Shown here piece by piece: positions 23,719-33,288 of a stretch of 37,698 nt of DNA (its first letter is position 1; the number at the start of each line of letters is the position of its first letter). Under the pieces are notes generated by a model. The model was not told where the DNA came from and made no database searches. It saw only the letters and a program-made list of their open reading frames with translations. The stretch is from a virus (taxonomy: Duplodnaviria > Caudoviricetes), in IMG/VR virus record IMGVR_UViG_3300037722_000939, positions 1 through 37,698 of that record; one strand, written 5' to 3'. Position numbers and translations under genes: made by a program.

Positions 23719-26069
23719 TGCTTGCCAAATCGGTTGCGGCGGAGGACTGGCGACTCCGTGACGCGGCCGACCTGTCGAAACCCGAACTCGAAGAGGCTCT
23801 GAAATACCCGGATTGGCGTATTCGGCATCTCTACTGGATCATCGACAAGGACAAGCAGCGCGTCCTCTTCAGGCCATGGCCGGAGCAGGAGAAGTTCCTC
23901 CGGCGGCTCTGGTTCAGAAATATAATACTTAAGGCTCGCCAGCGCGGATTCTGCCTAGAACCCGCTACTCGCGTGCTTACCGCTGATCTTCGGTGGGTTG
24001 CAGCAGGTGACATCACCGTCGGCGCTGAGCTGGTCGCCGTAGACGAAACGACGCCTGGGGGAAAAGGCGCTTCGCGAAAGATGCGCACCGCCACGGTGCA
24101 GGCGACGGCGGTGCGCCGCGAGCAGGTCTATCGCATTGTTTTCGATGACGGCCGCTCGGTCATCTGCACCGGCAAGCATCGCTGGCTGTCGAAGCTGACC
24201 AATCCCCAGGGTCAATGGAGCACGATAGAGGCGCCGAACAAGAAGAAGCTGCGCATCGGTACGCAAGTGCGCTGGATTACTCATCCGTGGTCGGTGCCGA
24301 CTCCAGAAGATGGCTGGTTCGGCGGACTCCTCGACGGCGAGGGGTCGTTCCGGATGCGCAGCATCGGCGGCGCTGATCTTGCTGTCTCGCAGGTGCCGGG
24401 TCCGGTCCTCGATCGTGCCCGGGCATATCTCGAAGATCGCGGCTACGTCTTCCGCGAGGAGATTGACCGTCGGCCAGCCGGCTTCGGGAGCAAGCTCGGC
24501 GCGAAAAACGTTCATCGTCTCTGCGTTCACCGAATGAACGAATTGTTCCGCTTGCTCGGCCAAGCGGGCCCGACACGGTTTCAGTCGCGATGGTGGGAAG
24601 GCCGCGACCTTCCCGGCAAACGATCCGGTGAAGGCTGGTCGACTATCGTGTCGATCGAACCACTGGACGTGCGAGAAGTCATCGATCTGCAAACGTCGGC
24701 CGGGACGTTCATCGCGGAGGGCTTCGTTTCGCACAACTCCACTCTCATCCAGCTCATGATGCTGGATACCTGCCTCTTCAACGACGACACCCAAGCCGCG
24801 ATCATCGCGCAGGACCAGGAAGCGTCCACCAACATCTTCCGGTTCAAGATCAAATACGCCTACGACAATCTGCCGCCGCCCGTGCAGGAGATGGTGCCGC
24901 TCGTCAAAGACAGCGAAGCGGCGCTGATCCTCCGGAACGGCTCACAGTTGCGGGTTGCAACGTCCGTCCGCTCCGGCACGCTCCACTGGCTGCACGTCTC
25001 CGAATTCGGAAAGATATGCGCCCAATACCCGGCGAAGGCGGAGGAGGTGCTCACCGGCTCCCTGCCAGCCGTGACGCAGGGCGGCATCGTCTGCATCGAG
25101 TCGACCGCAGAAGGCCCCGAGGGCGCCTTCCACGATATGTCGATGGCGGCGCAGGCGCTCGCACAGTCCGGCCGCACACTCTCGAAGCGTGACTATCGGC
25201 ATCATTTCGCGGCGTGGTGGGACGCAGACGAGTACGAGACTGATCCCGCGCTCGTCACCGTCACGAACAAGGACCACGCCTACTTCGACCGGCTCGAGGT
25301 TCGGCTCGGCATCGTCATCTCGCCGGCGAAGCGGGCTTGGTACGTCGCGACCCGCGACACGGAATTCGTCGGCAACACGGAACTCATGTTTCGTGAGTAC
25401 CCGTCGACCGAAGAGGAGGCCTTTCAGCGCGCCATCGATGGCGTCTATCTCGCCGACCAGCTCGCCCGCGCCCGTCGCGAGGGTCGGATCGGCAAGGTGC
25501 CTTACGATCCGCGCGTCCCGGTCAACACCTGGTGGGATCTTGGCCTCGACGATTCCACGTCGATATGGTTCCACCAGCGCGTCGGTCTCAGCGACCGCTT
25601 CATCCGTTTCCTCGAGGGCGCCGGCGAGCCCTACGACCACTACGTCCGCCAGATGCAGTCCTACGGCTACATTTGGGGCAAACACTATCTGCCGCACGAT
25701 GGCGACACCCGCCACCCCGGCTCCGAGTCCCTGAAAACCGTCAGGGACATGCTCGAAGACCTCGGGCTCAAGGACATCGAGATCGTACCGCGGACGCTCG
25801 ACCTCGTGCAGGTCGGCATCCCCGCGCTGCGAGGGGATTTTCATAACTACTGGTTCGACGAGGATCTCTGCAAAGAGGGCATCAACCATCTCACCCTCTA
25901 CCGGAAGCGTTGGAACAAGACGCTCGGCGCCTGGATGGACGATCCAAGGCACGACGAGCACTGCCACGCAGCCGACGGTCTTCGTCAGAAGGCGCAGTGG
26001 TACGCGGACCCGCAGGCCGCAGGGTCAACGCGTCCACGGCGTCGGAATCGTTCGGGCATGGCGGCGTAG
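23715..26069 (+). CDS. terL: Terminase large subunit, intein-containing
   Basis: ILKARQRGF|ST Walker A, LHVSE Walker B, ESTAEG, WDLG, YLPHDG, H.ADG. Confidence 0.93.
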   Translation: MMLAKSVAAEDWRLRDAADLSKPELEEALKYPDWRIRHLYWIIDKDKQRVLFRPWPEQEKFLRRLWFRNIILKARQRGFCLEPATRVLTADLRWVAAGDITVGAELVAVDETTPGGKGASRKMRTATVQATAVRREQVYRIVFDDGRSVICTGKHRWLSKLTNPQGQWSTIEAPNKKKLRIGTQVRWITHPWSVPTPEDGWFGGLLDGEGSFRMRSIGGADLAVSQVPGPVLDRARAYLEDRGYVFREEIDRRPAGFGSKLGAKNVHRLCVHRMNELFRLLGQAGPTRFQSRWWEGRDLPGKRSGEGWSTIVSIEPLDVREVIDLQTSAGTFIAEGFVSHNSTLIQLMMLDTCLFNDDTQAAIIAQDQEASTNIFRFKIKYAYDNLPPPVQEMVPLVKDSEAALILRNGSQLRVATSVRSGTLHWLHVSEFGKICAQYPAKAEEVLTGSLPAVTQGGIVCIESTAEGPEGAFHDMSMAAQALAQSGRTLSKRDYRHHFAAWWDADEYETDPALVTVTNKDHAYFDRLEVRLGIVISPAKRAWYVATRDTEFVGNTELMFREYPSTEEEAFQRAIDGVYLADQLARARREGRIGKVPYDPRVPVNTWWDLGLDDSTSIWFHQRVGLSDRFIRFLEGAGEPYDHYVRQMQSYGYIWGKHYLPHDGDTRHPGSESLKTVRDMLEDLGLKDIEIVPRTLDLVQVGIPALRGDFHNYWFDEDLCKEGINHLTLYRKRWNKTLGAWMDDPRHDEHCHAADGLRQKAQWYADPQAAGSTRPRRRNRSGMAA
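23952..24737 (+). mobile_element. Intein (262 aa) with LAGLIDADG motif in the terL P-loop
   Basis: N-terminal CL, block B CTGKHRW, FGGLLDGEG, block F/G VIDLQT...FVSHN followed by Ser. Confidence 0.92.
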
Positions 26070-26084
26070 ACGCAGGAGCCTCCC

Positions 26085-26300
26085 ATGAAATGGACGGGCC
26101 GCCGGCAATCCACCAACGTCGAGGACCGGCGTGGTGTGATCGGGCTCGGCGCCTTCCGTCGCGACGTACCACGCGGCGGTGACCACACCTTCGATCGGCG
26201 TGAAGGCCTTCGGTCAGCCGGCGGTCCGGGCATCCTGCCTTATGCGCGTACCGACCTCGAGCGGCCTGCGCCCAAGAAGACTCTAAAGCCGAGGCCATGA
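26085..26300 (+). CDS. Small hypothetical protein (GRRQSTNVEDRR motif)
   Basis: AGGAG RBS, ATGA coupling to the next gene. Confidence 0.6.
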   Translation: MKWTGRRQSTNVEDRRGVIGLGAFRRDVPRGGDHTFDRREGLRSAGGPGILPYARTDLERPAPKKTLKPRP

Positions 26301-26719
26301 CCGAGCGTGCGGTGTTGCGGAGGTGCGGATTACAGCGCCACCACATCCATTTCGGCACGTTCGACTTCGCGTTCTATCTCGTGGTCGGGCCCTATGATCG
26401 GGTAGAAGAGTACGTCAGCTACAAATTCAACGATTCGACTCCGCCGCTGCTCGCGAATGCGGATCAGGGGCACTACGCGCCGCGCGGCCGGGTTTTCTCG
26501 CGTCACGGCTATTGTCCGATCGTTTGGGTGCCGCGCGCGCCGCGGACGCCTCGCGAACACGCGACACTCGCGCATGAACTGCTGCACGTCGTCGTGATCC
26601 TGATGAATTGGGCCGCGCTGCCGCTCGGTGCCGACAGCGAAGAAGCCTACTGCCACGCGCTCGGCCACGCCGTCGCGGCATCGCTCGAATCTCTCAGGAA
26701 GAAGCCGAGGCCGCGATGA
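26297..26719 (+). CDS. HExxH putative zinc metallopeptidase-like protein
   Basis: LAHELLHVV...SEEAYC. Confidence 0.6.
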   Translation: MTERAVLRRCGLQRHHIHFGTFDFAFYLVVGPYDRVEEYVSYKFNDSTPPLLANADQGHYAPRGRVFSRHGYCPIVWVPRAPRTPREHATLAHELLHVVVILMNWAALPLGADSEEAYCHALGHAVAASLESLRKKPRPR

Positions 26720-27150
26720 AGCGTCACGCGATCGACCTCACCAAAACGGCATGGTCGCATCTGCGCGGCGATCTCACCGTCCACGGAACATGGTGGTTCG
26801 GCAACAAGAACGGGATGCCTCGGCCCTGCATCGTCATCATCCCGACATTCCGGCAGTCGTGGGAGAAATCCACGCCCGCCGTCGTCACCGTCGATGACGC
26901 CTGGGTGTGGTCGGAGGAGATCGGCGACGGCGCGCGGAGCGCACGGCTCGCTTTCAAGTTTGCCGAGGGCCTCGGCCTCGACATCACTCAGGCCACGCAG
27001 GTCTTCCGCGTTGCCTCGATCATCCGGGAGCATCTCGGCGACCTGCAGACGATCCGCCCCTACGACAACGGAAAGGTGGTGGTCGCCGAGGCCGTGCTTA
27101 CCGACGAGCGCGGCAAGAGCGTCGAAGCGGTGATTACCGAGCGTGTCTGA
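26716..27150 (+). CDS. Conserved hypothetical protein upstream of the portal
   Basis: ATGA overlap; coding bias. Confidence 0.7.
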   Translation: MKRHAIDLTKTAWSHLRGDLTVHGTWWFGNKNGMPRPCIVIIPTFRQSWEKSTPAVVTVDDAWVWSEEIGDGARSARLAFKFAEGLGLDITQATQVFRVASIIREHLGDLQTIRPYDNGKVVVAEAVLTDERGKSVEAVITERV

Positions 27151-27168
27151 CGGCGGAGACTGCTGCTG

Positions 27169-29310
27169 ATGTTCGATCTTCAAGACGAAACACAGCGCCG
27201 CATCACGCACGCCAAGTCGCCGATCGACCATTTTAACGATGACCCCGAGGCGCCGCGGAAGGTCCATCGCCTCGACATGCCGCAGGCCGCGAAGATCCAC
27301 GCGCAGCTCCTCGATTCCTACGTCCGCGAACTCGACAAGCAGACCGAAAACCGCTTCGAGCAGTCGATCGACGAGGACTTCTACGACAGCATCCAGTGGG
27401 ACGAGAACGACGCAAACACGCTGCGCGACCGCGGGCAGGTGCCCCTCGTCTACAACGTCATCAAGGCCTCGGTGAATTGGGTCATCGGCACCGAGAAGCG
27501 CACCCGCACCGATTTCAAGATTCTGCCCCGCCGCAAGGAACAGTCGAAGCCGGCGGAAAAGAAAAGCGCGCTCCTCAAGTATCTCGCGGACTGCAACCGC
27601 ACCCCGTTCCACAACAGCCGCGGCTTCGCGGATAGCGTCAAGGTCGGCATCGGCTGGCTCGAGGACGGCTATCAGGAGGACGAAGGCGAGGAACTCTACT
27701 CCCGCTACGAGTCGTGGCGGAACATGGTCTACGACAGCGCGGCCGTTGAACTCGACCTCTCCGACGCCCGCTACATCTTCCGGCAGAAATGGGTTGATCT
27801 CGACATCGCCCTCGCGCTGGCGCCGGACCGAAAGGCGCTAATCGAGCAGTCGTCCAAGGACGGCGATCGCTTCTTCCTCTCCACGGACTATGGCGACTTC
27901 GCCATGGACCAGCCGGAATTGGAGAACGAGGGCAACAGCGGGCGCAGCACCGATCCGCAACGCTTCCAGCGGACCCGCGTGCGCGTCATCGAGGCATGGT
28001 TCCGCCGGCCCGTGCAGGCCTACCGCGTGAAAGGCGGCTCCTTCAACGGCGAGCTCTTCGATCCCTACTCGCCGGGGCACGTCGAGCCAGTGATGGAAGG
28101 CGAGGCGTCGGTCGTCAAGAAACCGATGATGCGCATGTACTGCGCGCTGATGACCGTCGGCGGCTTGCTCTACCTCGGCCCGTCGCCCTACCGCCACAAC
28201 AGGTTCCCGTTCACCCCGATCTGGGGCTATCGCCGCGGCCGCGACGGTCTGCCCTACGGCATGATCCGCGATCTGCGCGACATCCAGGCCGACATCAACA
28301 AGCGCGCCTCCAAGGCGCTGCACATCCTGTCCACGACCACGACCATCATGGAGGAGGGCGCGGTCGACGATGTGAACGAGTTTATCGAGGAGGTGTCGCG
28401 TCCCGATCGTGTCGTCGTCGTCAAGCAAGGCAAGAAACTCACGATCGAGTCCGACCGGGATCTGGCGAAAGCCCATCTCGACCTGATGACCCGCTCGATC
28501 CAGATGATTCAGCAGGCCGGCGGCGTCACCGACGAGAACCTCGGCCGCAAGACCAACGCGACATCAGGCATCGCGATCGAGGCGAGGCAGGATCAGGGCG
28601 CGGTCACCACGACCCACTTCTTCGACAATTTGCGCTTCGCGCGCCAGGTGCAGGGCGAAAAGCAGCTCTGCAACATCGAACAGTTTATGTCGGACGAGAA
28701 GCAGTTCCGCATCACCAACATGCGGGGCGGCGCCGACTTCATCACCGTCAACGACGGCCTGCCAGAGAACGACATCGTTCGCTCGAAGGCGGATTACATC
28801 ATCTCGGAGGCCGATTGGCGGGCATCCCTGCGTCAGGCGCAGGTCGACGCCCTACTCGACGCCCTGATGAAGATCGCGCCGGCTGCGCCGCAGATCGCTC
28901 TCACCATGCTCGACCTCGTGGTCGAGAACATGGATCTACCGAACCGCGAAGAGCTGGTCCGGCGCATCCGGCAGGTCACCGGCATGCGCGACCCCGACGC
29001 GGACGAGCCGACGCCGGAAGAAATCGCACGCGCCAAGGAGCAGCAGGAGCAGCAGGAGATCGCGAAGGCGACGGCACTGGCTCAACTCCGCAAGCTGTTG
29101 GCCGAGGCCGGCAAGACCGAGGCGCAGACCGAGGATTTCATCGCCAAGATCGCCAGCACGAATGTCGGCACGCAGCGCGCGGCCGTCGAAACCGCCGCCG
29201 CACTTGCCGCAACGCCGGCGATCGCGCCGGTCGCAGACAACATCGCCCGGGAAGCGGGATTCGAGTCCCGGACACAACGGCAACGGGCCGCTGAACCAGT
29301 AGCGGCCTAA
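27169..29310 (+). CDS. Portal protein (P22/N4-like)
   Basis: FYD..QW...L..RG..PL.YN, D.Q..INKR.SK, LG..TNATSG.AI; position after terL. Confidence 0.88.
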   Translation: MFDLQDETQRRITHAKSPIDHFNDDPEAPRKVHRLDMPQAAKIHAQLLDSYVRELDKQTENRFEQSIDEDFYDSIQWDENDANTLRDRGQVPLVYNVIKASVNWVIGTEKRTRTDFKILPRRKEQSKPAEKKSALLKYLADCNRTPFHNSRGFADSVKVGIGWLEDGYQEDEGEELYSRYESWRNMVYDSAAVELDLSDARYIFRQKWVDLDIALALAPDRKALIEQSSKDGDRFFLSTDYGDFAMDQPELENEGNSGRSTDPQRFQRTRVRVIEAWFRRPVQAYRVKGGSFNGELFDPYSPGHVEPVMEGEASVVKKPMMRMYCALMTVGGLLYLGPSPYRHNRFPFTPIWGYRRGRDGLPYGMIRDLRDIQADINKRASKALHILSTTTTIMEEGAVDDVNEFIEEVSRPDRVVVVKQGKKLTIESDRDLAKAHLDLMTRSIQMIQQAGGVTDENLGRKTNATSGIAIEARQDQGAVTTTHFFDNLRFARQVQGEKQLCNIEQFMSDEKQFRITNMRGGADFITVNDGLPENDIVRSKADYIISEADWRASLRQAQVDALLDALMKIAPAAPQIALTMLDLVVENMDLPNREELVRRIRQVTGMRDPDADEPTPEEIARAKEQQEQQEIAKATALAQLRKLLAEAGKTEAQTEDFIAKIASTNVGTQRAAVETAAALAATPAIAPVADNIAREAGFESRTQRQRAAEPVAA

Positions 29311-29330
29311 CTCAACGGAGCCAGAGGACC

Positions 29331-30365
29331 ATGACCACGAAGCTCACCGACGAAGAACTCGCCCGCCTCACCGATGAAGAGCGCGAAGCCATCAACGAGC
29401 CCGACGCACCGGAAGGCGACGATCCCGACAACCCGGAGGCTGACGCCACGGACGCCGATGCGGAAGCCGTAGCGGCTGCCGCCGCCGCCAAGGCCGCTGC
29501 CGCAGGCAAGGATGCCGATGGTGACAAGGGCGACGACAAGGACGCGGACGCCGGCGAGCCAGGAGACAAGGACGCCGATGCCGTAGCTGCCGCTGCCGCG
29601 AAGGCCAAAGAAGACGAGGCGGCTGCCGCCGCCGTGGCCGCTGCTGCCGATGCCGACGACAAGGGCGACAAGGGCGACGAGGTTGACGCCGACGAGAAGG
29701 CGGTGATCGAGGCTCTGCCGACATACAAGCCGCCAGAGGACGCGAAGCCGGCCATCACCGCTCTGAAGGAGAAGCAGACCGCGCTCGCAAAGGAATTCGA
29801 TGACGGCGATCTCTCCGCGAGCGAGTATCAGGCCAAGCTCGACGAAATCTACGAAGAGCGCCGCGGCATCGAGAACAAGCAGCTCAAGGCGGAGATCGCG
29901 AAGGAAAACCGCGAGACAGCCTGGAATGGCGCCGTCGAGGCGTTCCTGAAGGACAACGACCAGTATTCCAAGGGAACCGCCAACGGCATCCTCGATCGAG
30001 AGGTCCGCCGCCTGCAGGTCGCAGCCGAGGACGCCGGCCGAGATCCGCTGCATCCGTCCATCCTCGAGGCCGCGCACGCGGCAATCCTCGAAACTGCCGC
30101 TGCACTCGTTGGCAAGACCGCCGAGCCGGCCGCGGCCGATGCAGGTGCTGCCGACAAGAAGCCCGGGGCGAAGACGGCGCTGAAGAAGCGTCCCGCCGCG
30201 CCGCCGACGCTGGCAAAGGTGCCGGCAGCGGACATCTCCGAGGTCAACGACGGTAAGTACGACGAGCTCGACAAGCTGCAGGACTCCGATGCGGACGCCT
30301 TCCACGCCGCGCTCGCGAAGATGCCGGAAGCGGAGCGCAATCGCTACATGGCGACGAGCAACTGA
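29331..30365 (+). CDS. Scaffolding protein
   Basis: Acidic, Ala-rich, coiled coil; between portal and capsid. Confidence 0.75.
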   Translation: MTTKLTDEELARLTDEEREAINEPDAPEGDDPDNPEADATDADAEAVAAAAAAKAAAAGKDADGDKGDDKDADAGEPGDKDADAVAAAAAKAKEDEAAAAAVAAAADADDKGDKGDEVDADEKAVIEALPTYKPPEDAKPAITALKEKQTALAKEFDDGDLSASEYQAKLDEIYEERRGIENKQLKAEIAKENRETAWNGAVEAFLKDNDQYSKGTANGILDREVRRLQVAAEDAGRDPLHPSILEAAHAAILETAAALVGKTAEPAAADAGAADKKPGAKTALKKRPAAPPTLAKVPAADISEVNDGKYDELDKLQDSDADAFHAALAKMPEAERNRYMATSN

Positions 30366-30409
30366 TCGGCGCCAGCGCCGGTCCCTGAAACCCAACGAGA
30401 GAGACGACC

Positions 30410-31186
30410 ATGGCCATCGAATCCTATGAAGTCCTCAAGGACAGCCGCCCCGATCGGCTGGTGACGAGGGTGACGGCAGCGATCGCGGCCGGAAAGCAGC
30501 CCTTCGGGCCACCGGTCGGCCTGCCGGATGGCACGGTCGCTCAAGCCGTCATCACCGGCCAGCCCCTCACCGAAATCCCGACCGTCAACTATGACAACGT
30601 GGTCGGGAAGCCGGACCCGGAAGGCACGGCCGGCGCGGTGCCGGAGCCCGGCGAGGGCGAGGGGGCAATCTCCGCCGTCGAAACCGGCGACGAGATCGTT
30701 CACACCACGCGCCTCACGCTCGCGGACTTCCTCGTCGGCCTTTCCGGCGACGACGCAGCCAAGAGCTTCGGCAAGCTCGCCTACACCTTCCCGGAAGGCG
30801 ACATCGTGGTGCTGGCCTCAAGCATCAAGGTCGCGCTCCAGATCGACGATGCGATCGATACCGACGAGCCCGAGGTCGGCCTCGGCACGGTGGAAGCCGA
30901 CGATACCGAAGCAACCCTCGGCGCCGACGACGCCCTCACCGAGAATATCTTCGAGGGCGAAGCAGGTCCGGCGGTCGACAGCTCCGAGATTTTCTACGCC
31001 GCGAAATTCCCGATGGAGGGCGTGCAGCCGCTCTTCATCGACGCGGACGAGCCACACACGGTCTTCCTCAATCTGGCCGACACCTGGGAGGCCATGGATG
31101 GCGATGCCCCGGCCGCAGTCACCGCTTCCGGCGAGATCATGCTGCACTGGATGCGGCTGAACCAGACTCCGCCCGAAGAGGTGTAA
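30410..31186 (+). CDS. Acidic virion-region protein with N-terminal DUF1737-like domain
   Basis: Y.VL......LV..V...IA.G.QP.G.P...QAV. Confidence 0.6.
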   Translation: MAIESYEVLKDSRPDRLVTRVTAAIAAGKQPFGPPVGLPDGTVAQAVITGQPLTEIPTVNYDNVVGKPDPEGTAGAVPEPGEGEGAISAVETGDEIVHTTRLTLADFLVGLSGDDAAKSFGKLAYTFPEGDIVVLASSIKVALQIDDAIDTDEPEVGLGTVEADDTEATLGADDALTENIFEGEAGPAVDSSEIFYAAKFPMEGVQPLFIDADEPHTVFLNLADTWEAMDGDAPAAVTASGEIMLHWMRLNQTPPEEV

Positions 31187-31196
31187 GCGAGCCTTC

Positions 31197-31418
31197 ATGC
31201 TGACGCTCACCGTCCGCGTCGGCCAATCCGTCAAGATCGGCGACGTAGCCACCGTCAAGGTCGAGGAGAAATCCGGGCAAGCCGTCCGGCTGACCTTCGA
31301 TGCTGACCGCTCCGTACCGATCCGGCGGATTCCCGACGCGCCGCGGCGCGAAGACGCAACCTACGGGCTGACCGGAACACCCGGGCCAGCCGGAGGAGGA
31401 CTGACACCGACCAAGTGA
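31197..31418 (+). CDS. csrA: CsrA/RsmA-like RNA-binding protein
   Basis: MLTLTVRVGQSVKIGD...G..VRL...A...V.I.R aligns with CsrA MLILTRRVGE...IGD...VRIG..AP..V.VHR. Confidence 0.8.
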   Translation: MLTLTVRVGQSVKIGDVATVKVEEKSGQAVRLTFDADRSVPIRRIPDAPRREDATYGLTGTPGPAGGGLTPTK

Positions 31419-31438
31419 GTACCGCGTAAGCCACCACC

Positions 31439-31462
31439 CGTCAGCGCATGGACGTGCCGACG
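31439..31462 (+). promoter_or_regulatory. GGA-loop hairpin (putative CsrA-binding site) in the capsid leader
   Basis: CGTCAGCGC-ATGGAC-GTGCCGACG; CATGGACG fits CANGGAYG. Confidence 0.5.
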
Positions 31463-31493
31463 TGATTTCAACCGAAACCACGGGGACACTTCC

Positions 31494-32633
31494 ATGCGAA
31501 CCATCATCACCACGACGGATCCCAAGACCGTCAAGAAATGGTCTGCGTCTCTCTTCAACGACACCCTCAACAAGTCGTACTGGAACCGGAAATTCACCGG
31601 CGAGTCCGACAACAACGTAATCCAGCGCCTTACCGATCTGGAATCGGGCGCCGGTGATCTCATCACCTACGACCTGTCGGTCCAGCTCCGCGACGTGCCG
31701 ACCTACGGCGACAACCGCCTGCAGGGCAAAGAGGAGAACCTCAAGTTCTTCTCCGATGAGGTCAAAATCGACCAGATGCGGAAAGCCGTGTCGGTCGGCG
31801 GCCGCATGACCCGCAAGCGCACCGTCCACGATCTGCGCGTTGTGGCCCGAGACAAGCTGTCGGACTACTGGGCGAAGTTCACGGACGAAATGACGTTCAT
31901 CTACCTGTCCGGTGCCCGCGGCATCAACGAGGACTACACCGAACTCGTGACCTGGGCAGGCCACGCCGGGAACGCGATCCAAGCCCCGGATGCGGATCAC
32001 ATCGTCTTTGCGGGCGATGCCACCGCAGCCGACGAGATCAGCGACGACGACATCATGGACCGTGGCCTGATCGAGCGGGCGCTCGTGAAGGCACGCATGA
32101 TGCGCGCCACCAACCCGCAGACCGCGAACATGATCCCCGTCGACATCTTCGGCGAGGGTCACTACGTCGTGGTTATGTCGCCGTTCCAAGAGCACTCGCT
32201 CCGCAACGAGTCGACCGCGGGCTGGCTGGAAATCCAGAAGGCGGCTGCCGCCGCAGAAGGCCGGAACAACCCGATCTTCAAAGGCGGCCTCGGCATGATC
32301 AACAATGCCGTGCTGCACAGCCACGAGTCGGTGATCCGGTTCAACGACTACGGGTCGGGCGCCGACGTGCCCGCGGCGCGCGCCCTCCTGCTCGCCCGGC
32401 AGGCCGGCGTCATCGCCAACGGCACCGACTACCGCACCGTCAAGGGGCAGGGGAGCCGCGTGAACATGCGCGGCTATCGCTTCGCCTGGAACGAAGACGA
32501 GTTTGACTACGGCAACGAGCCCACGATCGCCGCGGGCACCATCTGCGGCCTCAAGAAGTCGCGGTTCAACGCCAAGGACTTCGGCGTCATGGCGGTCGAC
32601 ACCTACGCCGTGGATCCGAACGCCGCCGCGTAA
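31494..32633 (+). CDS. Major capsid protein, N4-gp56/DUF4043 family
   Basis: VKKWS..L, L.S.AGD.I.YDL, GD..L.G.EE.L, IDQ.R..V, NP.F.G..G. Confidence 0.9.
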   Translation: MRTIITTTDPKTVKKWSASLFNDTLNKSYWNRKFTGESDNNVIQRLTDLESGAGDLITYDLSVQLRDVPTYGDNRLQGKEENLKFFSDEVKIDQMRKAVSVGGRMTRKRTVHDLRVVARDKLSDYWAKFTDEMTFIYLSGARGINEDYTELVTWAGHAGNAIQAPDADHIVFAGDATAADEISDDDIMDRGLIERALVKARMMRATNPQTANMIPVDIFGEGHYVVVMSPFQEHSLRNESTAGWLEIQKAAAAAEGRNNPIFKGGLGMINNAVLHSHESVIRFNDYGSGADVPAARALLLARQAGVIANGTDYRTVKGQGSRVNMRGYRFAWNEDEFDYGNEPTIAAGTICGLKKSRFNAKDFGVMAVDTYAVDPNAAA

Positions 32634-32661
32634 GGCTCCGTAGCCAAACCGACTAACTTCC

Positions 32662-32689
32662 CCGGCGGCGCTCTCAACCGCGCCGCCGG
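32662..32689 (+). other. Strong GC hairpin after the capsid gene, no U-tract
   Basis: CCGGCGGCGC/GCGCCGCCGG 10-bp stem. Confidence 0.6.
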
Positions 32690-32731
32690 ACTCACCCCTT
32701 CCCTGACAACGCACCAACCAAGGAGGCCATT

Positions 32732-33199
32732 ATGGCTCTCGTGCAAACCCCTTGGGCGCTCGGCAAGATCTCGGCGCCCGTTCCCGGTCACGCCGGCGAA
32801 GTCGTCGCCGCGCGCTACGTCCACACCCTGCTTGAGGCGGAAAACGCCTCGGGACAGATCATCGAAATGGGCCCGCTTCCCGCCGGTATGGAGCCGGTGG
32901 GCTGGGCCCTCGATGCCGATGATCTCGACGCCGGCTCTGCTCAGATCACCCTCGACGTCGGCCTGCTGTCTGGTGAATTCGGCTCAAACCCGACCGTCGC
33001 CCGCACCATGGCCGCCGAGGTCTTCGCGGCCTCTACCGTTGGCCAGTCCGCCACCCTCGTCTATCCGTCGCTCAAGACCGCCCTGCGCATCGCAGCGGCG
33101 GAGAACGATCGCGGCATCGGCGTCAAGGTCTTGCTCGAGGCTGCGACCGCCGCTGAAGGCGAGATCGGCCTCACCGTCTTCTACCGCGCCAAGCAGTAA
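32732..33199 (+). CDS. Probable minor capsid/decoration protein
   Basis: AAGGAGG RBS; beta-rich, DDLD...LDVG; follows the major capsid gene. Confidence 0.65.
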   Translation: MALVQTPWALGKISAPVPGHAGEVVAARYVHTLLEAENASGQIIEMGPLPAGMEPVGWALDADDLDAGSAQITLDVGLLSGEFGSNPTVARTMAAEVFAASTVGQSATLVYPSLKTALRIAAAENDRGIGVKVLLEAATAAEGEIGLTVFYRAKQ

Positions 33200-33288
33200 G
33201 CGGGCGCGTTCCTCAGAGAGAAGCGGGGAGACGGATTTGCCTCTGCCTCCCCGCAACTCGTCGTGACCCCCAACAAGGAACGTCTGTC

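Noticed and set aside
31137-32717. Long antisense and alternative-frame ORFs (also 27996-29294, 29307-30395, 24942-25967)
   Set aside because: Shadows of GC-rich real genes with no motifs
33273-33283. Additional CsrA site ACAAGGAACGT
   Set aside because: Indistinguishable from an ordinary RBS; no convincing stem
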